DNA of 64,000 nt from Bacilli bacterium (GCA_030602345.1 JAUVZX010000004.1:202-64201); one strand, 5' to 3'. Shown: positions 51,140-61,345, counted from the first letter of the stretch. The notes: a model not told the origin generated them from the letters alone. Made by a program: numbers and translations.

Positions 51140-52147
51140 ATGAAAAATATTAAATTAGATACAATTAGAGTTTTGTCAATGATTTTAGTTATAATGGTGC
51201 ATGTGAGCAATATTTATTCTAGAAATTATATTGAATTAGATTTCAACTATTTCATTACAACTTTTTTCAATGCTATTTCTAGATATTCAGTTTTATTTTT
51301 CTTTATGATAAGTGGATTACTTATCATACCTAAGGAAGATGACTTTGAAAAATATTTAAATAGAATAAAGAAAATAATAATACCTTTATTTATATTTAGT
51401 ATCTTCTATTTATTATTTGATTTTATATTATTCGGTAGAGGTATTAATTTTCATTCTTTATCAAGATTATTGTTTAGTCCTGTAAAAGCACATATGTGGT
51501 TTCTATATGCTATTTTAGGAATTTATATTGTATTACCTTTTATTAGGAAAATTTCATTAAACATGAGTATTAAAGAAGAAAATTTATTTATATTTTTATG
51601 GTTATTTTTTGAAGGATTTGTTTATTTGATTAGATTAATTTTGGGATATTCGATTTCATATCCTATCCCCATGATTCAAGGGGTATATTATATGGGCTAT
51701 TTTATGGTAGGACACATAATATTTAAAAGATTAAGAGAAATAAATTTAAAGAAAATTATAATAATTTCTATTATTTCATCTATTATAATTATTTTAGGTA
51801 CTTATATTTTAACTGGAATCAATGGTAAATATTTTGAAGGATTATTTGCTTATCGAAATTTATTTTATATGATTTCAGGAATTGGATTCTTTGCATCTAT
51901 TTTAAAAATGGATGAAAATAAGTTCGAGTCAATTAAAAAATATATATTAAATATTTCCAATCACACATATTTTATTTATTTAATTCATGTTGTCTACTTA
52001 AATATTTTGTTTGAAATTATTAAAGTTCATGAATTTTTTACTTTTACATTATTTTCTATACCCTTTTTCACATTTGTAATATTTGTTTTATCTTATTTAA
52101 CAAGTTACTTATTGAAAAAATTACCAATAGTTGATAAATACATATAA
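51140..52147 (+). CDS. acyltransferase family 3 membrane protein
   Basis: LDTIRVLSMILVIMVHVSN and about 10 TM helices. Confidence 0.7.
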   Translation: MKNIKLDTIRVLSMILVIMVHVSNIYSRNYIELDFNYFITTFFNAISRYSVLFFFMISGLLIIPKEDDFEKYLNRIKKIIIPLFIFSIFYLLFDFILFGRGINFHSLSRLLFSPVKAHMWFLYAILGIYIVLPFIRKISLNMSIKEENLFIFLWLFFEGFVYLIRLILGYSISYPIPMIQGVYYMGYFMVGHIIFKRLREINLKKIIIISIISSIIIILGTYILTGINGKYFEGLFAYRNLFYMISGIGFFASILKMDENKFESIKKYILNISNHTYFIYLIHVVYLNILFEIIKVHEFFTFTLFSIPFFTFVIFVLSYLTSYLLKKLPIVDKYI

Positions 52148-52160
52148 AAAAAGCAATTTA

Positions 52161-52174
52161 TGAAGTGAACCCCA
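52161..52174. repeat. IS left terminal inverted repeat
   Basis: TGAAGTGAACCCCA is the perfect reverse complement of 53377-53390. Confidence 0.85.
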
Positions 52175-52243
52175 TTTTGGACACTTTATAAAAAAGGCAA
52201 AAAAATGTTAAAATAGTATCTCGAGAAAGGAGGTACTATTTTT

Positions 52244-52525
52244 ATGGCAAAAAAAGGACAAATATTTAATAAATATACCTATGATTTCAAAATGAAAGTT
52301 TATAATGACTACTTAGAAAGCAAATGTCCTACATCACATATGGCAAAAAAGTATAAGATATCAAGAAAAACTATAGAAACCTGGATATATAAATTTAGAG
52401 ATTTGGGTACTCTTAAAAATTGTAAACGAGGTCCTATTAAAGAATTAGATATTGATTATAAGGAAAAATATGAAATTTTAAAAAAATACCAAGCCTTCCT
52501 AAAGGCACAACGAGAGAGAAAGTAA
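52244..52525 (+). CDS. IS3-family transposase OrfA (HTH)
   Basis: 93 aa. HMAKKYKISRKTIETWIYKF helix-turn-helix; leucine-zipper-like tail. Confidence 0.8.
   Translation: MAKKGQIFNKYTYDFKMKVYNDYLESKCPTSHMAKKYKISRKTIETWIYKFRDLGTLKNCKRGPIKELDIDYKEKYEILKKYQAFLKAQRERK
52480..52486 (+). promoter_or_regulatory. A7 slippery run for programmed -1 frameshift (OrfA to OrfAB)
   Basis: A AAA AAA in the orfA frame. The orfB frame is the -1 frame and is open from 52474. Confidence 0.6.
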
Positions 52526-52566
52526 CTTTTATTAATTTATATATTGATAAATACAAACTTTCAAAC

Positions 52567-53328
52567 ATGTGTGATGTACTAGAAATAAGTATAAGAACTT
52601 ATTATAAGTATAAAAATTTTGAAGACTTGGATTATTACGACTATTTAATAATAAAAGAAATATTCGATGATTCTAAAGGAACATATGGGTATCGAAGGAT
52701 AACTGAAGGCTTAAAGATTAAATATGGTGTAATATTTAATCATAAAAAAGTTAAGAGAATAATGAATAAATATAATATAAGACCAGAGTATATAAGACGA
52801 CAAAAACCTAAACTTGTCTATAAAAGAATAGAACAGAACGTTAAATCTAATTTGATTAAAAGAAAATTTAATACAGATAAAGAAAATGCAATTTGGTGTA
52901 CAGATATAACATATTTGATTTATAATGGCAAAAAGTCTTATCTTTCAACGATTATAGATTTGTATGATAGAAAAGTTATTGCTTATAAAATATCTAAATT
53001 TAATAATAATCATTTAGTTATTGATACATTAAATGATGCTATTTCAAAAAGAAAAGATGTACATGGATTGATCATACATTCAGATCAAGGATTCCAATAT
53101 ACATCTTTTGAATACAAAGCTATATGTGAATCAAATGGAATTACGATTTCAATGAGTCGTAAAGGAACACCAATTGACGATTCTCCGATGGAAAGCTGGC
53201 ACGCAATCCTGAAGAAAGAAACTTTGTACAATAATAATATCACATCTTTGCAAGAATATATATTTCTTGTTGAAGAATGGATATTATTTTATAATACTAC
53301 CAGATTAAAATCAAGCAAAAGAGAATAG
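52567..53328 (+). CDS. IS3-family transposase OrfB (DDE integrase core); probably made as an OrfAB fusion
   Basis: WCTDITYL (D), IHSDQGFQYTS (D), ESWHAILKKE (E). Confidence 0.85.
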   Translation: MCDVLEISIRTYYKYKNFEDLDYYDYLIIKEIFDDSKGTYGYRRITEGLKIKYGVIFNHKKVKRIMNKYNIRPEYIRRQKPKLVYKRIEQNVKSNLIKRKFNTDKENAIWCTDITYLIYNGKKSYLSTIIDLYDRKVIAYKISKFNNNHLVIDTLNDAISKRKDVHGLIIHSDQGFQYTSFEYKAICESNGITISMSRKGTPIDDSPMESWHAILKKETLYNNNITSLQEYIFLVEEWILFYNTTRLKSSKRE

Positions 53329-53376
53329 ATTGGTTTCTATTCTCTTTCAATTGCCTTTTTATTTTTGTGAACTATT

Positions 53377-53390
53377 TGGGGTTCACTTCA
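53377..53390. repeat. IS right terminal inverted repeat
   Basis: TGGGGTTCACTTCA. Confidence 0.85.
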
Positions 53391-53708
53391 TTAATTGCTT
53401 TTTTTATATAATTGAGAAATTTCTATAGGTTTTTTATTGTTAGAAAAATAGTCTTTAATGTCTGAAGCATTTCTTTTAAGAAGAAGTTTATAATTATCGC
53501 TTTTTATTTTAGCAAAATAAGTTAATTCATAATAGCTATATGGAAAAACATCATTTTCTATTTCACCAAACATTTCGATATCATTTAAATAAGAACTTGC
53601 TTTTAAATAGGCATGATAAATATCTTTTTCATAAGCACTATCATTTTGAATTTTAATTTCTACTTGAAGATGTACTAAAAATTCTACCGGGTTAACTAAC
53701 ATTATCAT
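53391..53708 (-). CDS. hypothetical protein
   Basis: Start trimmed to MIMLVNPVEF (AAGGAGG RBS). The stop codon abuts the IS right end. Confidence 0.45.
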   Translation of the reverse strand: MIMLVNPVEFLVHLQVEIKIQNDSAYEKDIYHAYLKASSYLNDIEMFGEIENDVFPYSYYELTYFAKIKSDNYKLLLKRNASDIKDYFSNNKKPIEISQLYKKSN

Positions 53709-53763
53709 ATTGCCTCCTTGGTAAAATAATATATCACTTATATTAAAAAAAGTCAAAAAAGTA

Positions 53764-53792
53764 TTGATAACAAAAAATAGATATGCTATAAT
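53764..53792 (+). promoter_or_regulatory. promoter of tRNA-Ala
   Basis: TTGATA 53764-53769, 17-nt spacer ending TGC, TATAAT 53787-53792. Confidence 0.6.
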
Positions 53793-53809
53793 TTATTTTG
53801 TCGACAGAT

Positions 53810-53886
53810 GGGGAATTAGCTCAGTTGGCTAGAGCACCTGCCTTGCACGCAGGGGGTCAAGGGTTCGAGTCCCTTATTCTCCACCA
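53810..53886 (+). tRNA. tRNA-Ala(TGC)
   Basis: Acceptor GGGGAAT/ATTCTCC with G3:U70, anticodon loop CTTGCAC, encoded CCA. Confidence 0.92.
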
Positions 53887-53897
53887 TTTATGATATT

Positions 53898-53923
53898 AAA
53901 TCAACATTTGTTGATTTTTTTTT
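53898..53923 (+). terminator. terminator after tRNA-Ala
   Basis: AAATCAACA-TT-TGTTGATTT plus a long T-run. Confidence 0.6.
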
Positions 53924-53968
53924 GTTTTAAAAAAAATAAAAAGTAGTATAATGAAATTAGGTGAAATT

Positions 53969-55882
53969 ATGAAACAGTACTTTTTAAAAATATATTTTTT
54001 TCTTTTTATTTCATTTTTATTTAACGAATTGTTATTTAAAGTTATGAATTTTACTTTTTTCGATTTTTCTTTAATTAGAATTATCTTATTTACTTTGTTT
54101 ATAAGCGGTGTGATTTCGTTTATAATAAGCTTTTTATCGAGTAAAACGGCTAAAATAGCTATCTTAATTTCAGTATTCGTTTATAGTTTCTATTCATTCT
54201 TACAAATTGGTTTATATAATTTAATGGGCAATTATTTGTCTTTTGGAGCAGGTGAAGCTTTAGGGAGAGTTTTTGAATTTGTAGGAGATTTCCTAAAATC
54301 TTTGAAAATCCAATATTATTTATTTTTTATACCTTTTATAGTTTTAATATATTTATTTATAAAGTATAAGAATATTTTAGTATATGAAAAGATGAATAAT
54401 AAATATAAATTATTAGTTGTGATGCTTTTAGCAATCTTAAATCTTGTTTCTCTTTTAACTTTAAATATATCTTCTAAAACGCAAGTAATGTCTAATAAGG
54501 AACTTTATAAAAGCCCTACAGTAATTGGGGTATCTTTAAAGCAATTTGGAACTGGAAGATTTATGTGGTTAGATATTAAAAATTTGGTTCTAAAAAAAGA
54601 AAATACAACTCCAATTATAGTTCCTGATCCTGATCCCGAAGAAGATCCAGAAAGAAAGATAGATTATACCTATCTTGATGAAATTATGCAAAATCAAACC
54701 GATTCAACAATATTAGAATTATATAATTATTATACTAGTCTCCCCATGACACCTAAAAATGAAATGACAGGATATTTCAAAGGGAAAAATTTAATATATA
54801 TAATGGTTGAAGCTTATGATATGGCCGCAATTCATGAAGAGTTAACACCTAATTTATATAAAATGGCGAATCAAGGTTGGTATTTTGAAAACTTCTATGT
54901 TCAAGAACATAGTTGTGCAACAGGTGAAAGTGAATTTGTTGGATTAGTTTCTATTGTTCCTTTGACGACAGTTTGTACTCCTAATTCATATAAGAACAAT
55001 AATTATTCACAATCAATATTTAAGTTATTCAATAAGAAAGACTATTATAGTACCTCTTATCATAATTGGAAAGATCAATATTATGAAAGAAAAATCATTC
55101 ATAATAATATGGGCTCGACTTATTTTTATAACCATGGTGATCTAAAGATAACTTCAATTGGCGGATGGCCAAGTGATTTAGAATTAATGCAAAAAGCGCT
55201 TCCTCACTTTGTTGATGAGGAACCTTTCTTCTCATTTATTATTTCATCAACTATGCATTTTCCTTATGATCACTTCATTGGAGTGGTTGAAAAAAATTGG
55301 AGTAAGGTAAAAGACTTAGATGGTTATTCGAGTAGAATGAAGCACTATATGGCTAAAACAATCGATTTTGATCAAAGTTTAGGTTATTTAATCGATGAGT
55401 TGGATAAAGCAGGCAAATTGGATGATACGGTTTTTATATTATATGGTGATCATCATCCCCTTGGTGGTATGACTTCTGCAGAGTTAAATGTTTCATCAAC
55501 AATAGATAGAACAAAAGACTTAAATCGATATGTTAAACCATTGATAATATATAATATAAATTTAGAGCCGACCGTTTATAGTCAAGTGGGCAGTACTTAT
55601 GATATAGTCCCAACTATTGCTAATTTATTTGACTTGGAATATGATCCCAGATTATATGTTGGTAAAGATTTATTTTCAGATGAAGAAAGAATTGCTTTCT
55701 TTCCTAATGGTAATTGGATAACGGATAAAGCAATGTATTTTGCTTCTAAAAATACTTTTAAATCATTAACAGATGAAGAAGTAGATGAAAGTTATATCAA
55801 AGAAATAAATAGTAAAATTAAAAATACTATTAATGTTTCTACTAAGACATTAAATAAAAATTATTTTAAATATATTAGGTGA
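53969..55882 (+). CDS. LtaS-family sulfatase-domain membrane protein (lipoteichoic acid synthase-like)
   Basis: Five N-terminal TM helices, then a sulfatase-like domain (IYIMVEAYD, STMHFPY, ILYGDHHP). Start chosen at ATG 53969 (AGGTGA RBS). Confidence 0.7.
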   Translation: MKQYFLKIYFFLFISFLFNELLFKVMNFTFFDFSLIRIILFTLFISGVISFIISFLSSKTAKIAILISVFVYSFYSFLQIGLYNLMGNYLSFGAGEALGRVFEFVGDFLKSLKIQYYLFFIPFIVLIYLFIKYKNILVYEKMNNKYKLLVVMLLAILNLVSLLTLNISSKTQVMSNKELYKSPTVIGVSLKQFGTGRFMWLDIKNLVLKKENTTPIIVPDPDPEEDPERKIDYTYLDEIMQNQTDSTILELYNYYTSLPMTPKNEMTGYFKGKNLIYIMVEAYDMAAIHEELTPNLYKMANQGWYFENFYVQEHSCATGESEFVGLVSIVPLTTVCTPNSYKNNNYSQSIFKLFNKKDYYSTSYHNWKDQYYERKIIHNNMGSTYFYNHGDLKITSIGGWPSDLELMQKALPHFVDEEPFFSFIISSTMHFPYDHFIGVVEKNWSKVKDLDGYSSRMKHYMAKTIDFDQSLGYLIDELDKAGKLDDTVFILYGDHHPLGGMTSAELNVSSTIDRTKDLNRYVKPLIIYNINLEPTVYSQVGSTYDIVPTIANLFDLEYDPRLYVGKDLFSDEERIAFFPNGNWITDKAMYFASKNTFKSLTDEEVDESYIKEINSKIKNTINVSTKTLNKNYFKYIR

Positions 55883-56412
55883 ATATGAAATATTATGATT
55901 ATAAAATAAAAAAAGTATTAAGTAATGAATTTTATCAAGGTGAATACAAAATAAAAAGAGTTTATGTAATGCACAATTTAAAATCTAAAGCTGAATATAA
56001 AACGTGTTATCAAAAAGGCGTTGATTATTTTGTGGTCACAGATATTTATGAAGTTTTATATAGGGATAATAAACCAATATATAAAAACAAATATGAATTT
56101 TATTATGCTGCTAAAGAACATATCGATGATATCTTCACAATTAAAAGTATGAAAATTTTTATGGATAGTGATAAGCATTATCGAACTGATTGGTATGATA
56201 AAAAGGAAAAAACTATTTGTTATAGGACAATTGAAGGTAATAATCATAAATATGAAAATACTAAGTGGTCTGATGGTTTTTATGATAATGGAATAAAATA
56301 TAATGGCCCCTTGAGTGATATAACTTTAAGCGAGCAAGTATTAAGCGAAGCTTTATATTTAAACGACAATTATTTTGTATATGAAAATTCTTGCTTGCAT
56401 GCCAGAATATGA
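55879..56412 (+). CDS. hypothetical Y/K/N-rich protein
   Basis: 177 aa. Start uncertain (GTG 55879 or ATG 55885). Confidence 0.4.
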   Translation: MNMKYYDYKIKKVLSNEFYQGEYKIKRVYVMHNLKSKAEYKTCYQKGVDYFVVTDIYEVLYRDNKPIYKNKYEFYYAAKEHIDDIFTIKSMKIFMDSDKHYRTDWYDKKEKTICYRTIEGNNHKYENTKWSDGFYDNGIKYNGPLSDITLSEQVLSEALYLNDNYFVYENSCLHARI

Positions 56413-56424
56413 TATAATATAAAA

Positions 56425-56605
56425 AACGATGACTTGGAAGAGTAAGTTTAAATAGCGTTATAGAAAGTTAGTGGTTGATGGAAACTAACCGATGTTTAAA
56501 AAGAAAAACACCCAATGAGTTAATCGGGTAATTCCGTTAAAGATTTAGAGAACAAATTAAGGTGGTACCACGTAATCACGTCCTTATGGGGGCGTGATTT
56601 TTTTA
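56425..56605 (+). promoter_or_regulatory. T-box leader (tRNA-sensing riboswitch) for asnS
   Basis: T-box core AATTAAGGTGGTACCACG at 56555-56572. Terminator ATCACGTCC-TTATG-GGGGCGTGAT plus T-run at 56574-56605. Possible AAC specifier at 56507-56509. Confidence 0.8.
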
Positions 56606-56617
56606 TAGGAGGAAAAA

Positions 56618-57994
56618 ATGAAATTAGACGTAAGACAAATATATGAAGATATTGACAAATATATGGATCAAGAAATTGTTATACAAGGATGGATTAGAAA
56701 TCATAGAAAACAAAAAGAATTTGGTTTTATCGATTTTTTCGATGGAACTCATTTTAATACTGTTCAAATTGTATACGATAACTCTTTAGAAGATTTTTCT
56801 ACTATCAGTAAGTATCGTGTTGGAAGTGCTATTACAGTAGAAGGTAAAATGGTTAAGTCACCAAAGGAACAACAATTATTTGAAGTGGTTGCAAGAAAAG
56901 TAAAATTAGAAGGGGATTCTCCAGAAGATTATCCAATTCAGCCTAAAAGACATACTAGAGAATTTTTAAGAGAAGTAGCATATTTAAGACCTAGAACAAA
57001 CTTATTTCAAGCTGTTTTTAGAATTAGAAGTTTAGCAGCTTTTGCTATTCATCAATATTTCAATGATAGAGGATATTTATATGTTCATACACCATTAATT
57101 ACAGCGAACGATGGTGAAGGTGCCGGAGAAATGTTTCAAGTTACCACGTTAGATTTAGAAAAGATTAAAGACGGTAAAGTAGATTATAGTAAAGATTTCT
57201 TTGGTAAAAAAGTAGGATTAACAGTAACTGGTCAGTTAGAAGGCGAAACTATGGCAATGGCGTTTAAAAAAATTTATACTTTTGGTCCTACTTTCAGAGC
57301 TGAAAAATCTAATACTAAGACGCATGCAAGTGAATTTTGGATGATCGAACCAGAAATAGCTTTTTGTGATTTAAATGAATTAATGGATATCGAAGAAGAT
57401 ATGCTTAAGTATATTATCAAATATGTACTTACAAATGCTAAATATGAATATGAAATGTTAGATAAGTATGTTGAACCAGGATTAGTAAAAAAATTAACTG
57501 CATTTGTTGATTCAGAAGCAGCTAGAATAACGCATGAAGAGGCAATAAACTTATTATTGAGTAGTGGCAAAAACTTTGAGTTTACTCCGATGCATGGTCA
57601 AGATATAGCAAAAGAACATGAAAAATTCTTAACTGAACATTTCAATTCACCAGTATTTGTTAAAGATTGGCCCAAAGATATAAAAGCATTTTATATGAAA
57701 TTAAATCCTGATAACAAAACAGTAGCAGCAGTAGATCTTTTAGTTCCTGGTTCAGGTGAATTAATGGGGGGCTCTCAAAGGGAAGAAGACCATGATAAGT
57801 TAGTGGCGAGAATGAAAGAAATGAATGTTCCTGAAGAAGATTTATGGTGGTATTTGAATTTAAGAAAATTTGGTGGATGTTATCACTCAGGTTTTGGAAT
57901 GGGATTTGAAAGACTATTAATGTATATAACAGGAATAGATAATATAAGAGATGTAACATTATATGCTAGAACTCCAGGAAACTGTGAATTTTAA
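56618..57994 (+). CDS. asnS: asparaginyl-tRNA synthetase
   Basis: 458 aa, class IIb. FRAEKSNTKTHASEFWMIEPE, GGSQRE, GFGMGFERL. Confidence 0.88.
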   Translation: MKLDVRQIYEDIDKYMDQEIVIQGWIRNHRKQKEFGFIDFFDGTHFNTVQIVYDNSLEDFSTISKYRVGSAITVEGKMVKSPKEQQLFEVVARKVKLEGDSPEDYPIQPKRHTREFLREVAYLRPRTNLFQAVFRIRSLAAFAIHQYFNDRGYLYVHTPLITANDGEGAGEMFQVTTLDLEKIKDGKVDYSKDFFGKKVGLTVTGQLEGETMAMAFKKIYTFGPTFRAEKSNTKTHASEFWMIEPEIAFCDLNELMDIEEDMLKYIIKYVLTNAKYEYEMLDKYVEPGLVKKLTAFVDSEAARITHEEAINLLLSSGKNFEFTPMHGQDIAKEHEKFLTEHFNSPVFVKDWPKDIKAFYMKLNPDNKTVAAVDLLVPGSGELMGGSQREEDHDKLVARMKEMNVPEEDLWWYLNLRKFGGCYHSGFGMGFERLLMYITGIDNIRDVTLYARTPGNCEF

Positions 57995-58027
57995 CCTATT
58001 TATGGTATAATTCAATAGGTGATAAAA

Positions 58028-58744
58028 ATGGAGAGATTACAAAAAGTAATAGCAAATAGTGGTTATGCTTCAAGAAGAAAAGCAGAAGAGCTAATTGCAA
58101 AAGGAAAAGTAATGGTAAATGGTGAAGTTGTAACAGAACTAGGTACCAAAGTATCAAGTAAAGATGAAATCTTAATAGATGGTAATATTTTAACTAAGGA
58201 AGAAAAAGTTTATTTTTTATTAAATAAACCAAGAGGGTATATTACTACTACTAAAGATGACAAACAAAGAAAAACAGTGGTCGAATTAATCGATACTGAT
58301 GCAAGAATATATCCAGTTGGAAGGCTTGATTATGATACTACAGGAGCGTTAATTTTAACTAACGATGGTGATTTTGCTAATATGATGATGCATCCTAGCA
58401 GTAATGTTGATAAAGTATATATTGCAAAAGTTAAAGGAATCATCAAAGGTGAACACATAAGAAAATTAGAGTCAGGTGTTTATATAGATGGTGTTAAAAC
58501 AGCAAAAGCTAAAGCAAAACTAAAAAAATTTGATAAAAAAGAACAAACAAGTATTGTGGAGTTGACAATTCATGAAGGAAAGAATCATCAAGTAAAAAAA
58601 ATGTTTGAAGCGATTGGTTTTGAAGTAATAAAGCTTAAAAGAGAAAGAATTGCATTCTTAGATGTTTATGATTTAAAATCAAAAGAGTATCGCAAAATAA
58701 ATAAAAAAGAATTAGCACAATTATATTTATTAACAAAAAAATAA
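58028..58744 (+). CDS. rluB: 23S rRNA pseudouridine synthase, RluB/RsuA family
   Basis: S4 domain MERLQKVIANSGYASRRKAEELI; catalytic GRLDYDTTGALILTNDG. Confidence 0.85.
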   Translation: MERLQKVIANSGYASRRKAEELIAKGKVMVNGEVVTELGTKVSSKDEILIDGNILTKEEKVYFLLNKPRGYITTTKDDKQRKTVVELIDTDARIYPVGRLDYDTTGALILTNDGDFANMMMHPSSNVDKVYIAKVKGIIKGEHIRKLESGVYIDGVKTAKAKAKLKKFDKKEQTSIVELTIHEGKNHQVKKMFEAIGFEVIKLKRERIAFLDVYDLKSKEYRKINKKELAQLYLLTKK

Positions 58745-58763
58745 GACTTGCGTCTTATTTTTC
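58741..58763. terminator. bidirectional terminator
   Basis: TAAGAC-TTGC-GTCTTA plus T-run. Confidence 0.65.
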
Positions 58764-58961
58764 TTTGATAGCATCTGTTGGACAACTAGCAATCGCTAGT
58801 CTAATTTTTCCAATTAATTCCTCAGTTAATTCTAAATCTTTAAAATCTTCTTTCACAACGGCTAAACCATCATTATCATCTAATTCAAATACTTCTTCTG
58901 CATTAGCAGGGCAAGCACCACAACCTATACATAAATCTTTATCAACGTGTAATTTTTCCAT
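58755..58961 (-). CDS. small [4Fe-4S] ferredoxin
   Basis: MEKLHVDKDLCIGCGACPANA...AIASCPTDAI. Start at MEKL (AGGAGGA RBS). Confidence 0.8.
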   Translation of the reverse strand: MEKLHVDKDLCIGCGACPANAEEVFELDDNDGLAVVKEDFKDLELTEELIGKIRLAIASCPTDAIKEK

Positions 58962-59063
58962 ATGTCCTCCTATAATAATTATATGTAAAGCAGACTTTAA
59001 AAGCAATAAATAATTTTTAAAACAATGTAAAATATGATATTATAAGGGTGATGAGGTGGTTTT

Positions 59064-59795
59064 ATGGCTAGTCGTATGGAAAAATATTATCGTTTAAATA
59101 ATGAAGTAGATGTTCCAAAACGTCGTGTTGAGAAAAATCAAGATTTATATGAAACTTTATATGAAGGGTTTGAAGTAGAAAATAACATTACTAAAATAAG
59201 TAATACTGATGAAATAGATTTGAATAAAATAAGAAAAATGTTAGAAAAAGAAAATGAACCTTTATTAAAACCAATTAAACCAATTGTAAGTGTTAAAGAG
59301 CAAATAATTGAAGAAAAAAATTATGATATAAGAGAAATTCTAAAAGAAGCTAAAGAAAATCATAAAGATGAATTTCCAAAAGTAGATCTTCCGTCGTTGC
59401 CTAAAGAACAAAAATTAGATTCTTTAGAAGATGAAACAAGAGAGCTTAAAGAATTAATTAATACAATAACTTTGGGTAGTAAAATAAACAGGACAGATGA
59501 AGAAGATCCATTTTTCACATTGTTAAACGATCTAAAAGCTACAACAGTAATTGAAAGTGATGCTATCAATAAGATAGTTAATGAACAAGTTAAGGAAGAA
59601 ATAAGAAGAGAAGAACCAAGTGTCGATGAATCTTTTTATACTACGACTTTGCCTCTAAAAAATGATGATTTAGAAGAGGAAATTGATAAGCCTAAAAAGA
59701 AAAAAAGTAAATTACTATTAAAAATTGTTGCATACATACTGTTGGTCTTAATTACGGCAGGAGCAATAGTAGGGGCAATAATATTATTAAGATAG
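59064..59795 (+). CDS. tail-anchored K/E-rich hypothetical protein
   Basis: 243 aa; single C-terminal TM LLLKIVAYILLVLITAGAIVGAIILL. Confidence 0.4.
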   Translation: MASRMEKYYRLNNEVDVPKRRVEKNQDLYETLYEGFEVENNITKISNTDEIDLNKIRKMLEKENEPLLKPIKPIVSVKEQIIEEKNYDIREILKEAKENHKDEFPKVDLPSLPKEQKLDSLEDETRELKELINTITLGSKINRTDEEDPFFTLLNDLKATTVIESDAINKIVNEQVKEEIRREEPSVDESFYTTTLPLKNDDLEEEIDKPKKKKSKLLLKIVAYILLVLITAGAIVGAIILLR

Positions 59796-59813
59796 ACATT
59801 TGTCTATCTTTTT
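59791..59813 (+). terminator. terminator-like hairpin
   Basis: GATAGACA-TT-TGTCTATC plus T-run. Confidence 0.5.
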
Positions 59814-59823
59814 GAGGTGAATT

Positions 59824-60900
59824 ATGAATATAGAAATTGTTAGAATGGATAATCAAGGAAGAGGTATTGGATTTTATAATAATAAAATCGTTTTTATTCC
59901 AAACACTCTTACAGAAGAATTGGTTGAATTTACTATTGAAAAGGAAACAACTAAGTATATTGAAGGAAGATTAATCAAAATTTTAAAATCATCTTCTAAA
60001 AGAGTAACTCCATCATGCAAATACTATGGTGAATGTGGTGGTTGTCAATTAATGCATATGAGCTATGATGATCAACTGTTATACAAAAAAGACAAATTAG
60101 AACAATTATTCAAAAGACAATTACAATTAGATTTAAAGATAGAAGTAGAGGCTTCTTCACAGTTTAATTATCGAAATAAGATATATCTTCATGAAGGCGG
60201 ATTTTATGATGTATATAATAAAAAAATTATTAAAATAGATGAATGTTTGAATGCTAAACAAGAAATAAATGAAGTTATAGATAATAAGCATAGTTTGATA
60301 AAATATCATGATAGATTAATTGTAAATAAAGAAGATATCGCATTTGAAACTTTAAATAACATAAAATATAAAATATCATATGACACTTTTTTTCAAGTTA
60401 ATAAAGAAATAACATTAAAAATGTTTGATTATATAAAAGAAAACATCAACGCTAAAATAAATGTGTTAGATTTGTATTCTGGTTCAGGAAGCATAGGATT
60501 ATATATATCTGATAAGGTCAACAAAGTTTTGGGGATAGACAATAATAAAAAATCAATTGAAGATGCTAACTTTAATATAGAATTAAATAATATAAATAAT
60601 GCCATTTATATTTGCGATGATGCAACTAACTATTTAAAACAATTAGAAGAATACTATGATACAGTAATAGTGGACCCCCCAAGAGCAGGATTAACAAAAG
60701 AAGGAATAAATCTGATTCAAGATTTGAAACCCAATCAAATAATTTATGTATCTTGTGAACCCATGACTTTAGTTAGAGATTTAAAAGAACTAACTAATTA
60801 TGAAATCGAAAAAATAAAAGCTTTCGATATGTTTCCTAATACATATCATGTTGAGAGTATAATTCTGATGACGTATTGTGGTTTTAAGGGTGAAAAGTAG
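59824..60900 (+). CDS. RumA/RlmCD-family 23S rRNA (uracil-5)-methyltransferase
   Basis: TRAM-like N-terminus, Fe-S Cys cluster CKYYGECGGCQLMH, FFQVN, DLYSGSGSIG, VDPPRAGL, YVSCEP. Confidence 0.8.
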   Translation: MNIEIVRMDNQGRGIGFYNNKIVFIPNTLTEELVEFTIEKETTKYIEGRLIKILKSSSKRVTPSCKYYGECGGCQLMHMSYDDQLLYKKDKLEQLFKRQLQLDLKIEVEASSQFNYRNKIYLHEGGFYDVYNKKIIKIDECLNAKQEINEVIDNKHSLIKYHDRLIVNKEDIAFETLNNIKYKISYDTFFQVNKEITLKMFDYIKENINAKINVLDLYSGSGSIGLYISDKVNKVLGIDNNKKSIEDANFNIELNNINNAIYICDDATNYLKQLEEYYDTVIVDPPRAGLTKEGINLIQDLKPNQIIYVSCEPMTLVRDLKELTNYEIEKIKAFDMFPNTYHVESIILMTYCGFKGEK

Positions 60901-61107
60901 AGTTCGACCACAACATATAGTGGTTTAAGGATGATTTTGGAGTAAAAAAAGAGCAAAAAAACACCGTTTTTGACCCCTATTTTTGGGGTGATTTATAGAT
61001 GACATAGGGTAATTTGAGTGATGACACCCTAAATGTCGAAAAATTGATGGCGCAGGAAGAGAGAGAAATAATCCTTTAGGTTGATAAGAAATTTATATAA
61101 TCTAATG

Positions 61108-61148
61108 TAGTGGTAGTTGTTTTGAAACAGCTGCCACTATAATTTTTT
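61108..61148 (+). terminator. strong terminator-like hairpin in a 510-bp noncoding junction
   Basis: 12-bp stem TAGTGGTAGTTG/CAGCTGCCACTA (two G-U pairs), 8-nt loop, then TAATTTTTT. Confidence 0.55.
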
Positions 61149-61316
61149 AATCTTTTTGAAGTTTTATTTCAAACTATTTTAGAACCTACAATAATTATTT
61201 TTTAAAAAAGGTTTATATTGAAACCACTTTTTTATGGTTCTATTATCGCAATCAGGTGGTTTTAAGATATTTCAAATAAGTATTAAAATACACTTGAATA
61301 AATGTTCATATAACTA

Positions 61317-61345
61317 TTGACATATGAGAAAAATAATAATATAAT
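61317..61345 (+). promoter_or_regulatory. consensus sigma-A promoter of the ArsR-family gene
   Basis: TTGACA 61317-61322, 17-nt spacer, TATAAT 61340-61345. Confidence 0.7.

Larger units (their letters stand above)
52161..53390 (+). mobile_element. IS3-family insertion sequence (1230 bp), apparently intact
   Basis: Terminal inverted repeats TGAAGTGAACCCCA (52161-52174) and TGGGGTTCACTTCA (53377-53390). TTA on both flanks (52158-52160, 53391-53393). orfA and orfB with an A7 slippery run. Confidence 0.85.
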
